From a virus (Duplodnaviria > Caudoviricetes), in IMG/VR virus record IMGVR_UViG_3300042889_001694, positions 1 through 60,573 of that record: 60,573 bases of DNA. One strand, 5' to 3'. Below are positions 47,492 through 57,389 of this stretch, in pieces (position 1 is the first letter of the stretch; every line of letters starts with the position of its first letter). The position numbers and the translations under genes were made by a program. The notes below the pieces were generated by a model. The model was not told the origin of the DNA. It was given only the letters and a program-made list of their open reading frames with translations, and ran no database searches.

Positions 47492-48807
47492 AACAAATAT
47501 TAGAAGATATTAAAAAATACATTGATGCTAAACACGCTGCCAAGACTTGGGTAGCCGGCAAGGACTTTGTAAACTATGCAGGTCCGCATTTTGACTCAGA
47601 TGAATATGTAGCAGCCGCGGAAGCATTGTTAAACGGTTGGCTGGTAATGGGCAATAAAAGTCTACGATTTGAACAAAAATTTCCAAAAGAATTTGGTAAA
47701 ACTCGTGGAGTGTTGACCAATTCGGGCAGTAGTGCTAACTTGCTTATGATGACAGCTATGAAGTCCAAGCGTGGACACAACTTTCCACCCGGCACCAAGG
47801 TATTGATGCCTATTGCTGGATTCCCAACAACACTTAATCCTACTATTCAAAACGGCTTCACGCCTGTGTTTTGTGATATTGAAATTGATACACTAAACAT
47901 CGATCTAGATCACGCAGAACGTTTGCTCGCGGCAGATCCAGAAATTAAAATTATTACGTTTGCTCATGTACTAGGCAATCCGCCTAACATGGATCGAGTA
48001 ATGGAACTGGTAAACCAGTACAATCTAATCTTATTGGAAGATTGTTGTGATGGACTTGGCACAACTTATGATGGCAAGCCGTTGGGTAGCTTTGGAGAAA
48101 TGGCCAGCTGTAGTTTTTATCCAGCACACCACATGACCATGGGCGAAGGCGGTTTTGTTGCCATGAACGATCCACAGCAAGAGATTATTGTACGCAGTTT
48201 GCGTGAATGGGGACGTGGTTGCTATTGTGTAGGACCCGAGGCCAACAAGTTAAAATGTGGCACTTGTGGCAAGCGATTCAATGAATGGATTCCAGAAATG
48301 CCTGATCAGATTTTTGATCACAAGTATGTATACGACGAAATTGGTTACAATCTAAAGCCAATTGAACTACAAGCGGCAATGGGACTAGAGCAACTTAAAA
48401 AATTGCCAGAGATACATTCCTTGCGTCAACGCAACTACGATCTACTGTTTGCTATCTATAAAAAGTATGAAGAATTTTTTCACTTGCCACGTGCTAGAGA
48501 TAAAGCCGATGTTAGTTGGTTTGCGTTTCCATTAACTATCCGTGAAGGTGCCCCGTTTACCCGCATGGACATTGTTGATTATTTGGAAGAAAATTTAATT
48601 CAAACACGTCCCTACTTTGCTGGTAATATCATGTTGCAACCTGCATACAGTCATTTAATGAATCCTGCAGATGCACGTGACAACTATCCTGTGGCCACAT
48701 TTACTATGAAAAATACCTACTTCCATGGATGCAGTCCAGTTATCACTCCAGAGCAGATTGCCTACATTGGAGAAAAGGTTGACGGCTTTATGAGTTTGTA
48801 CCTATGA
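47488..48807 (+). CDS. rfbH: CDP-4-keto-6-deoxyglucose 3-dehydratase (RfbH/DdhC E1)
   Basis: 'NSGSSANL', 'EDCCD', His in place of the PLP Lys 'SFYPAHHMTMGEGG', Fe-S Cys 'GRGCYC...CG.CG', 'DHKY'. Confidence 0.9.
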   Translation: MKQILEDIKKYIDAKHAAKTWVAGKDFVNYAGPHFDSDEYVAAAEALLNGWLVMGNKSLRFEQKFPKEFGKTRGVLTNSGSSANLLMMTAMKSKRGHNFPPGTKVLMPIAGFPTTLNPTIQNGFTPVFCDIEIDTLNIDLDHAERLLAADPEIKIITFAHVLGNPPNMDRVMELVNQYNLILLEDCCDGLGTTYDGKPLGSFGEMASCSFYPAHHMTMGEGGFVAMNDPQQEIIVRSLREWGRGCYCVGPEANKLKCGTCGKRFNEWIPEMPDQIFDHKYVYDEIGYNLKPIELQAAMGLEQLKKLPEIHSLRQRNYDLLFAIYKKYEEFFHLPRARDKADVSWFAFPLTIREGAPFTRMDIVDYLEENLIQTRPYFAGNIMLQPAYSHLMNPADARDNYPVATFTMKNTYFHGCSPVITPEQIAYIGEKVDGFMSLYL

Positions 48808-49970
48808 AAAGTCTAAGCCAGGTAACGTCTAAGATTGATGGACAGCCAATGTTCAAATATCTAGACATGGCCAAGGTTTTAGAAGCCAAAGGCCGACATC
48901 TTATACACATGGAGATAGGTGAGCCAGACTTTGACACACCTAAGAATGTTACTTGGGCTGCTGTTCAATCTTTATCCAACGGGGAAACACACTACGGTAG
49001 TAGTTTTGGGTTACAAGAATTTAGAGAGGCTGTGCAGTTTGCCACAGAACGTAGCAGAGGATTTCGTCCTGATCTAGATCAAGTGTTGATTACTCCGGGT
49101 GCCAACATTGCCATCTACTATGCGGTATTCTGTTTGGTTGATCCTGGATGCGAAGTTATTGTGCCAGACCCCGGCTTCAGCACATATTACAGCAACATCA
49201 AAATGTGTGGTGCTGTTCCTGTACGGGTGCCACTTAAAGAAGAAAACGAATTCCGTATGAGTCCGGACGACATTGAAGCGGCTATCACAGACAAGACACG
49301 ACTAATTATTATCAACAGTCCGCAAAATCCCACAGGCAGTGTGCTTACCACCGATGAAGTCAAACGCATTTATGAAATTGCCAAGAAGCATGATATCTAC
49401 ATTTACAGTGATGAGATTTATGCACGTATGAACTACGAACCAATTGGCTTTGCAAGTCCTAGCATTTACGATCATTGCAAGGAACATGTTATCCTTAGCA
49501 ATGGTTTTAGTAAAGCATTTGCCATGACTGGTTGGAGATTGGGCACACTGATTGGACCTGCCAATATTATTGAACGCATAGCAGCCCTGCTACAAACCAC
49601 TGCAAGTTGTGTCAGTACATTTGTTCAACGTGCTGGCATTGAAGCCATTCGCGGCAGTCAAGAAACAGTCACAAACATGATGGCAGAATATCGGGCACGT
49701 AGAGATCTGCTAGTTGACGGGCTCAATCGTGTTAAAGGATTCAAGTGCCTTAAGCCGGGCGGTGCATTTTATGTATTTCCTAACATCACGGCAACAGGAT
49801 TATCAAGTGACCAAGTTGTTGAAAAGTTAATGGATGCTGGAGTAGTGACTTTGCCTGGGCATTGCTTTGGAGAACACGGCGAAGGCTATATTAGATTGTG
49901 TTATGCAACCAGTCGTGAAAACATTCAAGAAGGCCTGAATAGAATTTACAAAGCGTTAGGAACAAAATGA
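48804..49970 (+). CDS. PLP-dependent class I/II aminotransferase
   Basis: 'GEPDF', 'NSPQNPTG', 'SDEIY', 'GFSKAFAMTGWRLG'. Confidence 0.92.
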   Translation: MKSLSQVTSKIDGQPMFKYLDMAKVLEAKGRHLIHMEIGEPDFDTPKNVTWAAVQSLSNGETHYGSSFGLQEFREAVQFATERSRGFRPDLDQVLITPGANIAIYYAVFCLVDPGCEVIVPDPGFSTYYSNIKMCGAVPVRVPLKEENEFRMSPDDIEAAITDKTRLIIINSPQNPTGSVLTTDEVKRIYEIAKKHDIYIYSDEIYARMNYEPIGFASPSIYDHCKEHVILSNGFSKAFAMTGWRLGTLIGPANIIERIAALLQTTASCVSTFVQRAGIEAIRGSQETVTNMMAEYRARRDLLVDGLNRVKGFKCLKPGGAFYVFPNITATGLSSDQVVEKLMDAGVVTLPGHCFGEHGEGYIRLCYATSRENIQEGLNRIYKALGTK

Positions 49971-50974
49971 GAGTATGTGACTGGATAGCCGATTACTTAA
50001 AATCAATTGGCGTTGAACGTGTACACGGAATTATGGGTGGGGGAGCCAGCGGTCTTAATGACGGATTTATTAAGCAAGGTATGTCCTATATCTGCTATCA
50101 TAACGAACAGGGCGCAGGGCATTCTGCAATTGGCGAAAGTAAATTTACAGGTAAACTTGCAGTGGTCAATCCTACAACAGGTTGCGCAGGTACCAACTGT
50201 GCAACATCGGTTTTAAATGCATGGCAAGACAGTGTACCTGTTTTGTTTCTGTCAGGCAATGTTAGATTGGCAACCTGTAGCGGATACATTAACAAAAAGA
50301 ACAACATCAATGTTCGTAAGTATGGCATTCAAGAACACCATGTTGTTGACACCTACAAGACCATGACCAAATTGAGTTGCTTTGTTGACAATGTACAAGA
50401 CGTAGCATACACAATACAATATGCAGTACACTTGGCAACAACAGGACGTCCCGGTCCTGTATGGATTGATATTCCAGGTGACATTCAAACAGCGCAGATG
50501 CCTGAGAATTACAGAGAATATGTTGCCACCGACTTGGCCGATACACTGTCAGACTACAACGGTGTAAAACAAGCCATTGCCCGGGCTGAACGACCCGTTG
50601 TGTTGGCAGGATACGGTATTCGTCAAAGCAATACTGTTGACCAGTTTGTTAAATTTATCGAACAATATCAAATTCCATATGTTAGCACCTATGGTGCAAG
50701 AGATTATACTACTGCCAACCATCCTCTAAGTATTGGAGCAGTTGGCATCAAAGGAAGTCGCGCCGGAAACTTTGCCATGCAAAATGCCGATTTACTTATT
50801 GTGTTGGGCAGTAGTTTAGGCGCTAGTGTTATTGGTTATGACCCTAAACAGTTTAGTCCAGACAGTTATAAGATTGTTGTCGACTTTGATATCAACGAGT
50901 TAAAGAAAGACATTGTTGAAGTTGATGAAAAATACAATGTTGATTTAGAAAAGTTTTTTAGGAGTTTGGCATGA
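49967..50974 (+). CDS. TPP-dependent acetolactate-synthase-like enzyme, N-terminal and central domains
   Basis: 'HNEQGAG', 'AWQDSVPVLFLSG', 'GRPGPVWIDIP.D', 'ADLLIVLG'. Confidence 0.88.
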   Translation: MRVCDWIADYLKSIGVERVHGIMGGGASGLNDGFIKQGMSYICYHNEQGAGHSAIGESKFTGKLAVVNPTTGCAGTNCATSVLNAWQDSVPVLFLSGNVRLATCSGYINKKNNINVRKYGIQEHHVVDTYKTMTKLSCFVDNVQDVAYTIQYAVHLATTGRPGPVWIDIPGDIQTAQMPENYREYVATDLADTLSDYNGVKQAIARAERPVVLAGYGIRQSNTVDQFVKFIEQYQIPYVSTYGARDYTTANHPLSIGAVGIKGSRAGNFAMQNADLLIVLGSSLGASVIGYDPKQFSPDSYKIVVDFDINELKKDIVEVDEKYNVDLEKFFRSLA

Positions 50975-51714
50975 CAAGACAAGAATGGATTGAAAAATGC
51001 AATCACTGGAGGTCCAAATGGCCGGTAATGCAAGAAGAATATCGTCCAGCTGAAAATGATTTTCAGTTAAACATCTATGCCATACTTGATGCGATCAATC
51101 AGCATAGTTTAGCCGATGACATTTTAATGGGCGATGCTGGCAGCATTAGCTATGCAGGTCCTGTTGCATTAAATGCCAAACACGGACAAAGATTTATTTT
51201 TAGTCCTGCACAAGCAGATATGGGGTGGGCGTTACCTGCAGCCATTGGTGTAAGTATGGCTAGCAATCAACAGGTTATCAGTATCATCGGCGATGGTAGT
51301 TTTATGAGTAACATTCAAGAATTAGCAACAGTTAAACAACACGAGTTGAATATCAAGTTTGTTATTCTCAATAACAACGGTTACCTAAGTATTAAAAATA
51401 CACAGACAAAATACTTTGAAGGAAGGGTGCATGGAACCAGTGCTGAAAGTGGCCTGTGGTTTCCTAGCTTTAAAAATATTGCGGTAGCATTTGGCATGCC
51501 TTGTGTGGATATCAGAACAAAAGAAGATCTGCGTCTTCATTTTCCCAATGCCCTTAAGGAAAAAGGCCCAGTCATTATAGACTGCCAATGTCTTGGCCAG
51601 CAAGAAATATTACCAGCCCAAGCATTAAAAAATGGAAAGCAAGCAGGCTTACACGATCTAACACCATTCCTGCCAGATGAAGTACTAGCACAGGAAATGA
51701 TTGTTAGAATATAA
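50971..51714 (+). CDS. TPP-dependent enzyme, C-terminal TPP-binding domain
   Basis: 'MGWALPAAIG', TPP motif 'GDGSFMSN...LNNNG'. Confidence 0.88.
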   Translation: MTRQEWIEKCNHWRSKWPVMQEEYRPAENDFQLNIYAILDAINQHSLADDILMGDAGSISYAGPVALNAKHGQRFIFSPAQADMGWALPAAIGVSMASNQQVISIIGDGSFMSNIQELATVKQHELNIKFVILNNNGYLSIKNTQTKYFEGRVHGTSAESGLWFPSFKNIAVAFGMPCVDIRTKEDLRLHFPNALKEKGPVIIDCQCLGQQEILPAQALKNGKQAGLHDLTPFLPDEVLAQEMIVRI

Positions 51715-51720
51715 AATATC

Positions 51721-52404
51721 ATGCCAAATTCCTTATACCAAAAGATTCCAGGGCTAGAAAACTCAATTGAATTCAGAGACAATTCGCCCTACGACGAATT
51801 AAAAAATCTGTGGTGGCCTCGGTACGATCAAGGCATGTGGAATTACATGCATCAGTTTCGAATACTCCCAGAATTTTTTGATCAACTAATGACACATGTC
51901 ACTGGCAATGCTATTGTAGTGCAAGCCGGCGGCAACTGTGGACAGTATGTAAGACAGTTCAGTCAACGATTTGATACTGTGTACACATTTGAGCCAGATC
52001 CAATAAATTTTTTATGTTTGACTTTGAATTGCGGTGCCAATGTAATAAAAACACAGGCCTGTGTAGGCAATGAAAGAAAATTTGTAAATCTAGACAGAAG
52101 GCATGATTCTGGCGCTATTCATGTAAGCGGTACGGGTAATATACCCACAGTGATCATTGATGACCTAAATTTGCCAGCCTGTGATTTGATACAATTAGAC
52201 ATTGAAGGCTATGAACTTTTTGCGTTGCAAGGCGCACAACGTACTATTGAAAAATATTATCCTCTACTTATGATAGAATGGTACGAGCCCTGGGCTCAAA
52301 GATACGGCACAAATAAAACCATGCTTGACAATTTTTTAAACAATGTAGGATACAGTAAAATTTTAAGTCACAAATCTGATATCGTTTACAAATATCAACC
52401 ATGA
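51721..52404 (+). CDS. FkbM-family methyltransferase
   Basis: 'QAGGNCG', 'FEP', 'LDIEGYE'. Confidence 0.82.
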   Translation: MPNSLYQKIPGLENSIEFRDNSPYDELKNLWWPRYDQGMWNYMHQFRILPEFFDQLMTHVTGNAIVVQAGGNCGQYVRQFSQRFDTVYTFEPDPINFLCLTLNCGANVIKTQACVGNERKFVNLDRRHDSGAIHVSGTGNIPTVIIDDLNLPACDLIQLDIEGYELFALQGAQRTIEKYYPLLMIEWYEPWAQRYGTNKTMLDNFLNNVGYSKILSHKSDIVYKYQP

Positions 52405-53333
52405 AAACAGCACTGATTACCGGAGCCAATGGATTCATTGGTCACTACTTAGTAGAAGAATTTTTAAAAGATCACCGTGTGATCTGTGTGGTACGACCTG
52501 GTTCAACCAATATGGAACGTATCAATCACATGCTTGATCGTGTCACGGTAATCGAGCACGACATTAAAAATCCTTGTAAACACTTGCCAGCGGCAGATAT
52601 TATATTACACGCTGGCGCTAATCCCAGTTCAGCCGACAGCTTGAGTGACCCCACTGCATCTGTCATGGACAATGTGTTGGGCACACTGAACTTGTTGGAA
52701 CATGCCCGCCACACCGGAGTTGAAAGATTTGTGTATTACAGCAGTGCCGAAGTATTTGGACCTATACCCATTGGTCAAGACAGTCAGCCCAACGATGCCT
52801 ACAACAGTAATAGTCCCTATGCGGCTGGCAAAGCAGCCGGTGAAGAACTGTGCATGGCCTATGCCAATTCATTCAATGTTCCTGCAAGTATCATACACAT
52901 CAACAATACCTTTGGTCCACGTTGCCAGAGTAATCGGTTACCCGTGATCATTATACGCAAATTACTCAACAACGAAACTTTAGATATACATGTGGGCCCT
53001 GGCAAATTAGTTGGTGGTAGGCGTTGGTTCTATGCTGGAGATGTAGCCAGCCATACAAGATTTATTTTGAACACACAGACTGCTCGGTGTGAAAAATGGA
53101 ACAGTGCCGGCCGGAAGTTTATAAACAATCTAGACTTTGCACAGTTGATTGCACAAGCCATGGGCAAAGAGTTGAAGTATCGCCTGGTGCCGATTGACCG
53201 ACCTGGTCATGATTTATGTTTTTCTGTAGATCCCAGTAAACTGTATGATCTAGGTTGGACAGAGACAATGTCGTTTGAGCAACGATTGTTGCAGACTGTC
53301 AACTGGTATTTAGAAAACCCCAATTGGGTTTGA
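52401..53333 (+). CDS. NAD-dependent epimerase/dehydratase
   Basis: 'GANGFIG', 'SSAEVFG', 'PYAAGK', 'RPGHD'. Confidence 0.88.
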   Translation: MKTALITGANGFIGHYLVEEFLKDHRVICVVRPGSTNMERINHMLDRVTVIEHDIKNPCKHLPAADIILHAGANPSSADSLSDPTASVMDNVLGTLNLLEHARHTGVERFVYYSSAEVFGPIPIGQDSQPNDAYNSNSPYAAGKAAGEELCMAYANSFNVPASIIHINNTFGPRCQSNRLPVIIIRKLLNNETLDIHVGPGKLVGGRRWFYAGDVASHTRFILNTQTARCEKWNSAGRKFINNLDFAQLIAQAMGKELKYRLVPIDRPGHDLCFSVDPSKLYDLGWTETMSFEQRLLQTVNWYLENPNWV

Positions 53334-53358
53334 CTTTTTTAAAATTATATTGTATAAT
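53330..53358 (+). promoter_or_regulatory. sigma70-type promoter
   Basis: TTGACT-N17-TATAAT upstream of galE. Confidence 0.75.
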
Positions 53359-53383
53359 TTAAAAATACACATCTAAGGAAATT

Positions 53384-54343
53384 ATGACAAAAACAATTAT
53401 TGTAACCGGGGCTTCTGGATTTATTGGTGGACAGACTGCATTGCAGTTGAAATCTGCAGGATATCATGTGGTGGGTATTGACCTTCAACCAGCCACGCCA
53501 GAACTAGCATCTGCATTTGATGAATTTTATCAAGGTAATTTTTCAAGCGATGTTGCATTGAATGTAATTTCCAATTATGACACCAGTGCAATAATTCATT
53601 GTGCCGGCACTAGCTTGGTTGGTCCCAGCATGCGTGACCCTGAACTGTATTATCAAAACAACTTTGTTAGAACAAAAATCTTGCTTGATTATATTATAGC
53701 AAACAAATTACAAAACAAAATTCGAGTGATATTTAGTAGTTCTGCGTCAGTGTATGGCGAGCCAATCATGACTCCCTGCCAAGAAGAAGATCCTCCCATG
53801 CCACTTAGCCCTTACGGTGACAGTAAACTCATGGTTGAGATGATGTTGAAGAGCTATCATCAAGCATATGGTCTAGATTTTGTAACTTTTAGATATTTTA
53901 ATGCATGCGGCGCAGACCGCCTAGGCAGACATGGACAGAGGCCAAATGCCACACATATCATTGCAAGGGTGCTAGAAAGTGCTCGCAACAATGAACCCTT
54001 TGTGCTGTATGGCACATCATATCCCACACCCGATGGCACTTGTATAAGGGACTATGTGCACGTTGAAGATATTGCTAGAGCACACATCTTGGCAATTGAT
54101 CGATCCATTCCAATTGATGCCTATAACCTTGGTAGCAACAATGGATCAAGCAACAGAGATATCATTGCACTGGCACGTGAGATTACCAACAAGGACATAC
54201 AGGTAATTGAAGATCAGCCAAGGTCAGGAGATCCAGCTGAGCTTACTGCAAGTGCAGCCAAATTTAGTTTATTGGCCCAGGACTGGCGTCAACACAGTTT
54301 GCGTGACATGATTACGCATGCCTGGGCTTGGTATAATAAATGA
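53384..54343 (+). CDS. galE: UDP-glucose 4-epimerase-like protein
   Basis: 'GASGFIG', 'FSSSASVYG', 'PYGDSK', 'FRYFNACGA', 'DGTCIRDYVHVED'. Confidence 0.88.
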   Translation: MTKTIIVTGASGFIGGQTALQLKSAGYHVVGIDLQPATPELASAFDEFYQGNFSSDVALNVISNYDTSAIIHCAGTSLVGPSMRDPELYYQNNFVRTKILLDYIIANKLQNKIRVIFSSSASVYGEPIMTPCQEEDPPMPLSPYGDSKLMVEMMLKSYHQAYGLDFVTFRYFNACGADRLGRHGQRPNATHIIARVLESARNNEPFVLYGTSYPTPDGTCIRDYVHVEDIARAHILAIDRSIPIDAYNLGSNNGSSNRDIIALAREITNKDIQVIEDQPRSGDPAELTASAAKFSLLAQDWRQHSLRDMITHAWAWYNK

Positions 54344-54867
54344 CTCAGCTGTACACCGGGCATATAGATCCAATCTGGGATCTTGAAGAAATATCCAAAT
54401 TAGATTATTATTTTGACGGGTCTGGTGAATTTCAAGATCCTGTTGTGGTTGAAGATTGGCGAAATACTTTTGGTCGTGAATTTAAAGTTGGCATGAAAGT
54501 TGACCACAAACGCCGGCAACCAGATTGTCAATCGCAGATACTCGATGTATTACGTCAGCAGGGGTACAGCATACAACACGAAGGTTGTGCCTGGTTTAGA
54601 ATGTTGCCCGGTGACATCATTCCCGAGCACTCAGACTCATACACACAATACTGCAAATTTCACGGGCTAGAGCAACAGGACGTTTCTCGTATCATTGTTT
54701 TTTTACAAGATTGGCAGCCAGGATTCTTGTTTGAAGCCGGCGGCAAAAGCTTTAGTCATTACCAAGCTGGAACATTTGTTTGTTGGCGTGCTGGTACATT
54801 GCACATGGCTGGTAATTTAAGTCGTGTGCCAAGATACACATTGCAAATCACAGGAATTATATCATGA
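54340..54867 (+). CDS. Cupin / 2OG-Fe(II) oxygenase-like protein
   Basis: 'PEHSD', 'LHMAGN', 'RYTLQITG'. Confidence 0.6.
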   Translation: MTQLYTGHIDPIWDLEEISKLDYYFDGSGEFQDPVVVEDWRNTFGREFKVGMKVDHKRRQPDCQSQILDVLRQQGYSIQHEGCAWFRMLPGDIIPEHSDSYTQYCKFHGLEQQDVSRIIVFLQDWQPGFLFEAGGKSFSHYQAGTFVCWRAGTLHMAGNLSRVPRYTLQITGIIS

Positions 54868-55775
54868 AGGCAACATTGCCAAATTTAAAAACTCTACCCT
54901 ATGGTGGTGCCAGTGCAGTTGAAGATCCTGCAATGTTGATTGACGTTGCAACCATGTTAAAAACTGCACCAGTTGACACTTGGTTAACTGATGTTGATAT
55001 TCACAATAGGTTTGTTGATCAATATCGTTCCTGGATAACCAGCAGTAAGTTAAACAACTTGAAAGGTCTTGATTTGTTTCCAGTCATGGCTGCAAGTTTG
55101 GGCACCACAGAATCGTTTGACAAATTTTATCTAAAGAATCGCACACGTCGATTTAGATGTTTTCGCGGAGAGTACATGTACCATGCAGCAAGCTGGAGAA
55201 ACTACTTTCCAGATTGGCGCTGGATTGAGGATGAGCCAATTGCTGAAAACGATGCTGTAGTAATCAGTGTGCCGTTTAGCGACACTGGCGATATTCACTC
55301 TCGCATGACAGAAGTGCTAATCGAATGCACACGTCTTGGTGTGCCGGTTCTTGCAGATGCTGCATTTTACGGCACATGCGGGGGTGTGACATTTGATTTT
55401 GATCATGATTGCATAACTGACATCACTTTCAGTCTGAGCAAAACATTCCCAGTTAGCCATGTGCGTGTGGGCATGCGGCTGACTCGAGAAGACGATGACG
55501 ATAGTTTGCTTGTGCATCACAAAACCAAGTATATAAATCGACTTGGGTGCGGATTAGGTCTAGAATTGATTCGGCGCTGGGGACCTGATCATAACTACAA
55601 AACATGGCGCAAAACACAAGAGTTGTTGTGCACACAGTTGGGCATTACGCCCAGCCCCAGTGTGTTATTTGGCATAGACACAACTGGAAAATACTCCCAA
55701 TACAATCGAGGGGGCACCACAAGTCGGTTGTGCTTGGCTAGATATTTGGCTAATGGAACTTTACCAAATGATTGA
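54864..55775 (+). CDS. Truncated fold-type I PLP-dependent enzyme-like protein
   Basis: 'VLADAAF', 'FSLSKTF', 'RVG'. Confidence 0.6.
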   Translation: MKATLPNLKTLPYGGASAVEDPAMLIDVATMLKTAPVDTWLTDVDIHNRFVDQYRSWITSSKLNNLKGLDLFPVMAASLGTTESFDKFYLKNRTRRFRCFRGEYMYHAASWRNYFPDWRWIEDEPIAENDAVVISVPFSDTGDIHSRMTEVLIECTRLGVPVLADAAFYGTCGGVTFDFDHDCITDITFSLSKTFPVSHVRVGMRLTREDDDDSLLVHHKTKYINRLGCGLGLELIRRWGPDHNYKTWRKTQELLCTQLGITPSPSVLFGIDTTGKYSQYNRGGTTSRLCLARYLANGTLPND

Positions 55776-56493
55776 CATTGACTTAATTACCAACAAGTAC
55801 GATCCCAAAGACTACGCCATTGATTACAGTCATGGTGTGCCAGTGCCCTGGCTGTACTTTGATGACTTCTTGCCCAGGGAACTGCTGGAAGCTGTGCAAC
55901 AAGACATAGAAAATATTCCCAAACATCTTTGGAGCAATTTTACTAGAAACGGCAGCAACATGAAGGAGTGTAACAACATGCGTTATTCTCCATTGATCCG
56001 AGATCTAGTGCTGAATCTAAATAGTGGAGAATTCCTGGGGTGGCTTGAAAACATCACTGGCATTAAAAAATTGATACCTGATCCTTTGCTGATTGGCGCT
56101 GGACTAATGCGATGCTACAACGGCGATAGCTTGAAACTGCACACCGACTTTAACTGGAATGAACAGTTGCACCTAAATCGTTCATTGAGTGCGATTCTGT
56201 ACCTTGGCAAAGACTGGGATCCAACCTGGGGAGGTAATCTTGAATTTTGGGATTTTGATCGTACAAAATGCCTGCACCGCATTGAGCCGCGCCCCAATCG
56301 ATTGTTGCTGTGGAACTATGACGAACGACTGGTCCATGGACATCCTAATCCAATCACATGCCCACCTGATGCTAGCCGTGACGGATTAAGACTGTTTTAC
56401 TTTACTAGCAACGCCTCACCACTGAGCCCACCACATCGAAGCCTGTACTGGTTCGACGATGCTGGACCGCACGATCAAAAAGAAAACAAATAA
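55768..56493 (+). CDS. 2OG-Fe(II) oxygenase (prolyl-hydroxylase-like)
   Basis: 'LHTDFN', 'GGNLEFWD', 'HGHP', 'R..LRLFY'. Confidence 0.85.
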   Translation: MIDIDLITNKYDPKDYAIDYSHGVPVPWLYFDDFLPRELLEAVQQDIENIPKHLWSNFTRNGSNMKECNNMRYSPLIRDLVLNLNSGEFLGWLENITGIKKLIPDPLLIGAGLMRCYNGDSLKLHTDFNWNEQLHLNRSLSAILYLGKDWDPTWGGNLEFWDFDRTKCLHRIEPRPNRLLLWNYDERLVHGHPNPITCPPDASRDGLRLFYFTSNASPLSPPHRSLYWFDDAGPHDQKENK

Positions 56494-57323
56494 TGGAAAA
56501 TTATAATACCAGTCAATTTTTACAAGTTCGGTATCCAAACGGCGCAGGTGGAAAATTTTTAATCACTAGTTTATTTCAGTTTGATCAAGTTGCACACTGG
56601 TGTCCAGATGTTCAAAACAAAAAACAAACACGGGATGATTGGTTTTTTAACCATGCATGGCCCATTGACATTAGACAGTGGGCATCTGAAGAGCCCAATC
56701 ATCCCTGGGGCATAGGATTTTACAGTCGTCGCATGATGCGAAACAATGACCTGCCGGTTGATGAATTTAATTTGAGAACCAAACTTGAAGGCAGCGAATA
56801 CTTTCATCAGTGCTGGAATCAAGGCCTGTTGATTGCAGATCACTGGCACAAACGATTTGTTCCAGCATTTTTTAGCAATGCCAAGTGGATAGAAATCTTG
56901 TTAGACAAACCAAGTCTGGAACCATACAAGCACTGTGTTAAGAGCAAATTGTATTTGCATAATCCAGAAAACAATGCTATAATATCAACATTGGATCACC
57001 CTGTGTATGCATGGGATACAAGAACACAAAACAATGCATTGAAATTTAATAATCAGTATGAGTTCAACGAGTTTAAAGACTATGATGATTTTTTCTACAA
57101 CTATTTTCTAAAACAACATTGGGTGGCACCGTTTTTAAATGTTGAACCAGATCCAAGTTGTATACTAAGCATCACGTTTGCTGATCTTGTCAAGACTGAT
57201 TCCTATGTGGCTGGTATGGAAAAATTAAGCAATTACTTTGGACAGCCAATTGACAAGGATCTGCTGAGAAAAATGCACAGTTTCTGGATAGCCAAAAGCA
57301 ATCTAGGTGATCTAGTAGCATAA
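56493..57323 (+). CDS. Sulfotransferase-like hypothetical protein
   Basis: N-terminal 'VRYPNGAGGKFL'. Confidence 0.5.
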   Translation: MENYNTSQFLQVRYPNGAGGKFLITSLFQFDQVAHWCPDVQNKKQTRDDWFFNHAWPIDIRQWASEEPNHPWGIGFYSRRMMRNNDLPVDEFNLRTKLEGSEYFHQCWNQGLLIADHWHKRFVPAFFSNAKWIEILLDKPSLEPYKHCVKSKLYLHNPENNAIISTLDHPVYAWDTRTQNNALKFNNQYEFNEFKDYDDFFYNYFLKQHWVAPFLNVEPDPSCILSITFADLVKTDSYVAGMEKLSNYFGQPIDKDLLRKMHSFWIAKSNLGDLVA

Positions 57324-57389
57324 ATACATTTGTCACACAAAGGTGACAACTTTTCAAAACTAACATCCGCTTAAGGAAGGATATCAAAA

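Noticed and set aside
45825-54343. Bacterial O-antigen locus, implying a host or chimeric contig
   Set aside because: No wzx, wzy or ABC exporter. The genes are coupled to phage-type neighbours and use the same promoter style.
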